The notes beneath the pieces were generated by a model. The model worked only from the letters and a program-made list of their open reading frames with translations. It did not search any database and was not told the origin of the DNA. From Opitutia bacterium (GTDB taxonomy: Bacteria; Verrucomicrobiota; Verrucomicrobiia; Opitutales; T3Sed10-336), in assembly GCA_050506795.1 (NCBI GenBank), contig JBJHCF010000009.1, positions 1 to 64,000 of the forward strand: a stretch of DNA of 64,000 nt, read 5' to 3'. Position 1 is the stretch's first letter; each line of letters begins with the position of its first letter. The position numbers and the translations under genes are program-made. Positions 60,513-64,000 of this stretch are shown in pieces.

Positions 60513-61274
60513 AACCCCAACTCCGGAATCAGGGTTCACTGTTTCTTCTCTGCCAGGATCTGTGGTTCAAGGTCGATTCTTGATTCGGGGTCATCCCGCA
60601 AGGCGGGATGCTGCGATCGAGGGCCATAAACGTCGCATTCATCTTGGCCTGTTCGAATCGGACGGGGCCTCTCTGTATAGATTTGGTCAATTGTTCCTTT
60701 CCGTGAACCGTACCGGTTTCACCGTCGTAATTGGCATCGCGGCTGCTGAAGGTACGGTGGCGTTGATCCGGTAGTTGAAACCCGGCGCCAAAGTTCCCTC
60801 GCATCACAGGGGAAGGCATCAAACCGAGAAAATAGACATCAAATGGATATTAGAAAAAACAACACCCATTACATTCCGCTGGTCGTTATCGCCGCTTTCG
60901 GCGCGGAGGTGGAACGGATCGTTTCCGCCCCAGGCACCCTGTTGCACGCCGGGCATCCAATCGTCCTGATCGGGGAGCAGGTGATCGCGTGAAGGACGAC
61001 CTGTGCGAACCTTTCGCGGTGGCGGGCTCGGAAGAAATCACGCGCTTTGGCGGGTGCCGATCCTTCCTCGATGCGATACCTGTCAGTGACACCCAGTCGA
61101 TCGATGCGGATTCCCCTGGCGACCGCCATTCCTCATGAAGCGTCTGCCTCCTCGTCACCGGGACTGCTCCTGGAGATCAATGCGGGAACGGGCGTCAGGC
61201 AGGAAGCCCTTGGAAGGTTGATTCTCCGGGGATTCTTGTGCTCATTGTGGAACTCACGACACTGGTATCACCGA

Positions 61275-61895
61275 ATGAAGATCCCGAACGCCTGCGACCC
61301 ATCACCGCCCGTTTTATCCGAGCACTACCGCCGCGTCCTGCACAACAGGCGCCAGAGTCTGCTCGCCGACCTCGACCGGGTGCCGCACGGTCGCGCTCCC
61401 TACGACCTGGAAATCGGTTGCGGGCACGGGCATTTCCTTTCCGGCTACGCCGCGGCGCACCCGGAAAGGTACTGCATCGGCATCGACATAGCCGGCGGAC
61501 GCCTGGAACGGGCGCGGCGCAAGACGGACCGTGCCGGACTCGACAACGTAGCCTGGATTCAGACCGAGGCACAACTTTTCCTGGAATGTCTCCCGGAAGC
61601 CATTCGGTTTTCACGCGTCTTTATTCTTTTTCCCGATCCCTGGCCCAAAAAGCGGCATCACAAAAACCGTCTGGTTAACCTGGATTTTCTCGACCGCCTG
61701 GCGAACGCCTGCACTCCCGCCGCCGAGCTTTATTTCCGCAGTGATCATTTTCCTTACGTGGATGCAGCGGAGAAGGCACTCATCGCCGGCGATGGCTGGA
61801 AGCTGCGCTACGACGCCGATTGGCCCTGGGAACAGCCGTCGGTGTTTCAGGATCTGGCGCACGATTACCGGTCGTTAATCGCTACCAGGGCGTGA
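61275..61895 (+). CDS. trmB: tRNA (guanine-N7)-methyltransferase
   Basis: LEIGCGHG, FPDPWPKKRHHKNRL, RSD. Confidence 0.9.
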   Translation: MKIPNACDPSPPVLSEHYRRVLHNRRQSLLADLDRVPHGRAPYDLEIGCGHGHFLSGYAAAHPERYCIGIDIAGGRLERARRKTDRAGLDNVAWIQTEAQLFLECLPEAIRFSRVFILFPDPWPKKRHHKNRLVNLDFLDRLANACTPAAELYFRSDHFPYVDAAEKALIAGDGWKLRYDADWPWEQPSVFQDLAHDYRSLIATRA

Positions 61896-61977
61896 GGCGC
61901 AGAGGCAGTGACTCTTCCCGAACGATTCGATCAAACGGGGATCAGACGCAAAGTAACGCACCGGCCGGACGAGACGC

Positions 61978-62178
61978 TCAAAAGAACTCCAACCAGCCAA
62001 TCAGAAAGAACTGCAACAACGCCATGCAGAACACCAGAACCAGTGTTGCCACAAAAAACGCGTCGAGCGCCATGGTTCGTCCATTGCGTCTGCGTCTGGG
62101 AACGGAGTTCCGCCGTACCGGTTTCTTGAGTGGTCGCCGGCGGTAGAGAGATTCGGTGAGGTTGTCTTTCGGCGGCAT
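61978..62178 (-). CDS. Possible small membrane protein
   Basis: Basic N-terminus plus one hydrophobic helix; co-oriented downstream of rnd. Confidence 0.4.
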   Translation of the reverse strand: MPPKDNLTESLYRRRPLKKPVRRNSVPRRRRNGRTMALDAFFVATLVLVFCMALLQFFLIGWLEFF

Positions 62179-62285
62179 GACGACTAATCGGCTTTCGGGG
62201 AACCGGTAACACACCCGAATTCCTGAAATTCAGTCTTTGAGTTCCCTGTAATCACTGCGGTTAATTCCGTTCCCATAATCCGACC

Positions 62286-63389
62286 TCACTTCTCATCCAG
62301 GGCCTCCCGCAACAGTTCGGCCTGCCAGGGCAAAAGCAGCTCGTCCATTTTCGTCTGGGTGCGGCTGAGCACAGCCAGTTGTGAGCGATTGGCGATAAGC
62401 GACGGATCGATGCCCAGCTTCGTCGCCTTACGGTCGCGCACCTCCCGCAACGCCTCTTGCCGCTCCAGTTCCTCGGTGCTGAACGGGTGGCGGCGGCGCC
62501 CCTCGTTCGGGCGGCTGGGAAGGGAATCCGGATCGCGTTCCCGTCCGCGCTGGACCGCCTTTTCCAACGCTTTGCGATGCCGGGCGAAAAGACGGGCCGG
62601 CAACGCCTTGTGCCATTCGGTTCCCGGAGAACGTCCCGCCGCGGCGGCCACGTCCACCATAAAGTTGTTGTTCAGAATTTTGAAGGGCGGAAGATCGGCC
62701 TTTTCGGCTGAGCGTTCCCGCCAATGCCACAGTTCATAGAGCACCGCCTGACTGCGCGGGGGAAGCCGGGTGGAGCCGGCCAGCCGCCAGGCGTTTTCGT
62801 CTTTTTCGCCAAAACCGTCGACCGCGGCTTCAATTTGGAATTCGCAGCGCTGCCGCAGCCAATCAACCCGCTTTTTCCGTTTCAACTCCGCCAGCATCTT
62901 CTTCCGGATCTCCTCCAGGTAGAGAACGTCTTCGGCGGCGTATTCGAGCATCTTTTCGGGCAGGGGTCGCTTCGACCAGTCGCTTTTCTGATGCCCTTTG
63001 GGCATCTCAATGCCCACGTAATGCTCCACCAACCCCCCCAAACCGGTCTTGGGCAAACCGAGCAGCTGGGCACCGAGCATCGTGTCGAAAAGGCGCTCCG
63101 GACGAAAGTTGTAGTGATCGGCCATCAGGCGCAGATCGAAATCACTCCCGTGCATGATCAACAGCCGGGTCCTGAAAACCTCCATCAGGGCCCGCATGTC
63201 AAGACCTTCCAACACGTCGACCAGAAAGATGCGATCACCCGCCTTGATCTGGAACAGGCAAATCCGGTTCCGATAGTGGTACATGTTGTCGGCTTCGGTA
63301 TCGAGCGGAACTTCATCGAAATCCGAGACAATTTCGACCAGCGCATCAAGATCCTCCTGCCGGTCGATCCATTCGTAGGCTTTGGTCAC
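62286..63389 (-). CDS. rnd: Ribonuclease D-like 3'-5' exonuclease with HRDC domain
   Basis: LDTEAD, HGSDFD, FDT, SDWSKRPL, YAAEDV, WRE..A..DLPPFK. Confidence 0.88.
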   Translation of the reverse strand: MTKAYEWIDRQEDLDALVEIVSDFDEVPLDTEADNMYHYRNRICLFQIKAGDRIFLVDVLEGLDMRALMEVFRTRLLIMHGSDFDLRLMADHYNFRPERLFDTMLGAQLLGLPKTGLGGLVEHYVGIEMPKGHQKSDWSKRPLPEKMLEYAAEDVLYLEEIRKKMLAELKRKKRVDWLRQRCEFQIEAAVDGFGEKDENAWRLAGSTRLPPRSQAVLYELWHWRERSAEKADLPPFKILNNNFMVDVAAAAGRSPGTEWHKALPARLFARHRKALEKAVQRGRERDPDSLPSRPNEGRRRHPFSTEELERQEALREVRDRKATKLGIDPSLIANRSQLAVLSRTQTKMDELLLPWQAELLREALDEK

Positions 63390-63603
63390 TCGGGTTTTTC
63401 GGTCGGTTCGATTCGGCAAACGAAAGAGTCGGCGCCAGGGCGCCCCGGAGATAAATCTCATGGCCCCCGGCCGTCCTCCCTTTCGGCATTTGAAAAACTG
63501 ATCACACCCTTTTTGTATTTACGATCCTGAGCGTTTTCAAGTCCGGTGTCGGAAACGTCGTGGCCCGAGAATTAAAAGCGTGATAGGGTTGGGACATCAA
63601 ACC

Positions 63604-64000
63604 ATGAAAGCCATCGTACTCTGCAGCGGCGGGATGGATTCCGTCACCGCCCTCTACCAGGCGCACCGCGAACACGAGGTGGCGGGAGCGCTGGGATTCC
63701 ATTACGGTTCCAAGCACAACGACCGCGAACTGCCCTGCGCCCGGTACCACGCGGACAAACTCGGCGTGCCCTTCCGGGTGGTGAGCCTGGATTTTATGGA
63801 CGCGCTCCTGGATTCGCACCTGCTGCGCTCCGGCGGCGACATTCCCGACGGACACTACGCGGAGGAAACCATGAAACAAACGGTGGTCCCATTCCGCAAC
63901 GGCATCCTGTTGTCGATCGCCGCCGGCTACGCCGAAAGCGCCGGGGCCGGAGGCGTCCTCATCGCGGCCCACTCGGGAGATCACGCCATCTACCCGGACT
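63604..64000 (+). CDS. queC: 7-cyano-7-deazaguanine synthase (partial, runs off the window)
   Basis: MKAIVLCSGGMDS, FHYGSKHN.RE, TVVPFRNG, HSGDHAIYPD; not in the supplied ORF track. Confidence 0.92.
   Translation, partial: MKAIVLCSGGMDSVTALYQAHREHEVAGALGFHYGSKHNDRELPCARYHADKLGVPFRVVSLDFMDALLDSHLLRSGGDIPDGHYAEETMKQTVVPFRNGILLSIAAGYAESAGAGGVLIAAHSGDHAIYPD

Noticed and set aside
60508..61270. Short ORFs between vapC and trmB
   Set aside because: No recognisable motifs or consistent frame; possibly a degraded remnant, but unsupported.
63490..63603. preQ1 riboswitch upstream of queC
   Set aside because: An A-rich tail (AATTAAAAGCG) is present, but I could not fit a convincing P1/loop consensus; an Infernal search would decide.

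Overview
GC-rich bacterial chromosomal window, most consistent with Verrucomicrobiota/Opitutales (inferred from the PVC-type haem protein, RNase HII plus HIII and the Verrucomicrobia-style C-terminal domains). It is mostly housekeeping: pgl, hisA, trpB, acnA, tyrS, aroE, pilD, HU, DAHP synthase, polX-rnhB-rnhC, recA, mnmE, mnmG, trmB, rnd and a partial queC. Accessory content comprises large secreted proteins, a sugar-acid catabolism pair, two VapBC modules, a complete group II intron and several families of short intergenic repeats. The strongest candidate for a new system is a tandem pair of T6SS Hcp tube-protein homologues (41197-42581). Both carry cleavable Sec-type signal peptides, no other T6SS gene lies in the window, and the second Hcp is fused to a C-terminal domain resembling that of a neighbouring 1358-aa secreted protein. 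Second is a group II intron (55762-57637) inserted at the end of a REP-like palindrome; an empty copy of its target lies at 42.7 kb and a matching EBS1 is visible in the intron. Other observations include a GNAT-nitrilase fusion lacking its catalytic Cys, an IS4-like MITE with a target-site duplication, and a structured leader before the DAHP synthase gene. No rRNA, tRNA or CRISPR array was recognised. All calls come from motif recognition by eye; no searches were run.
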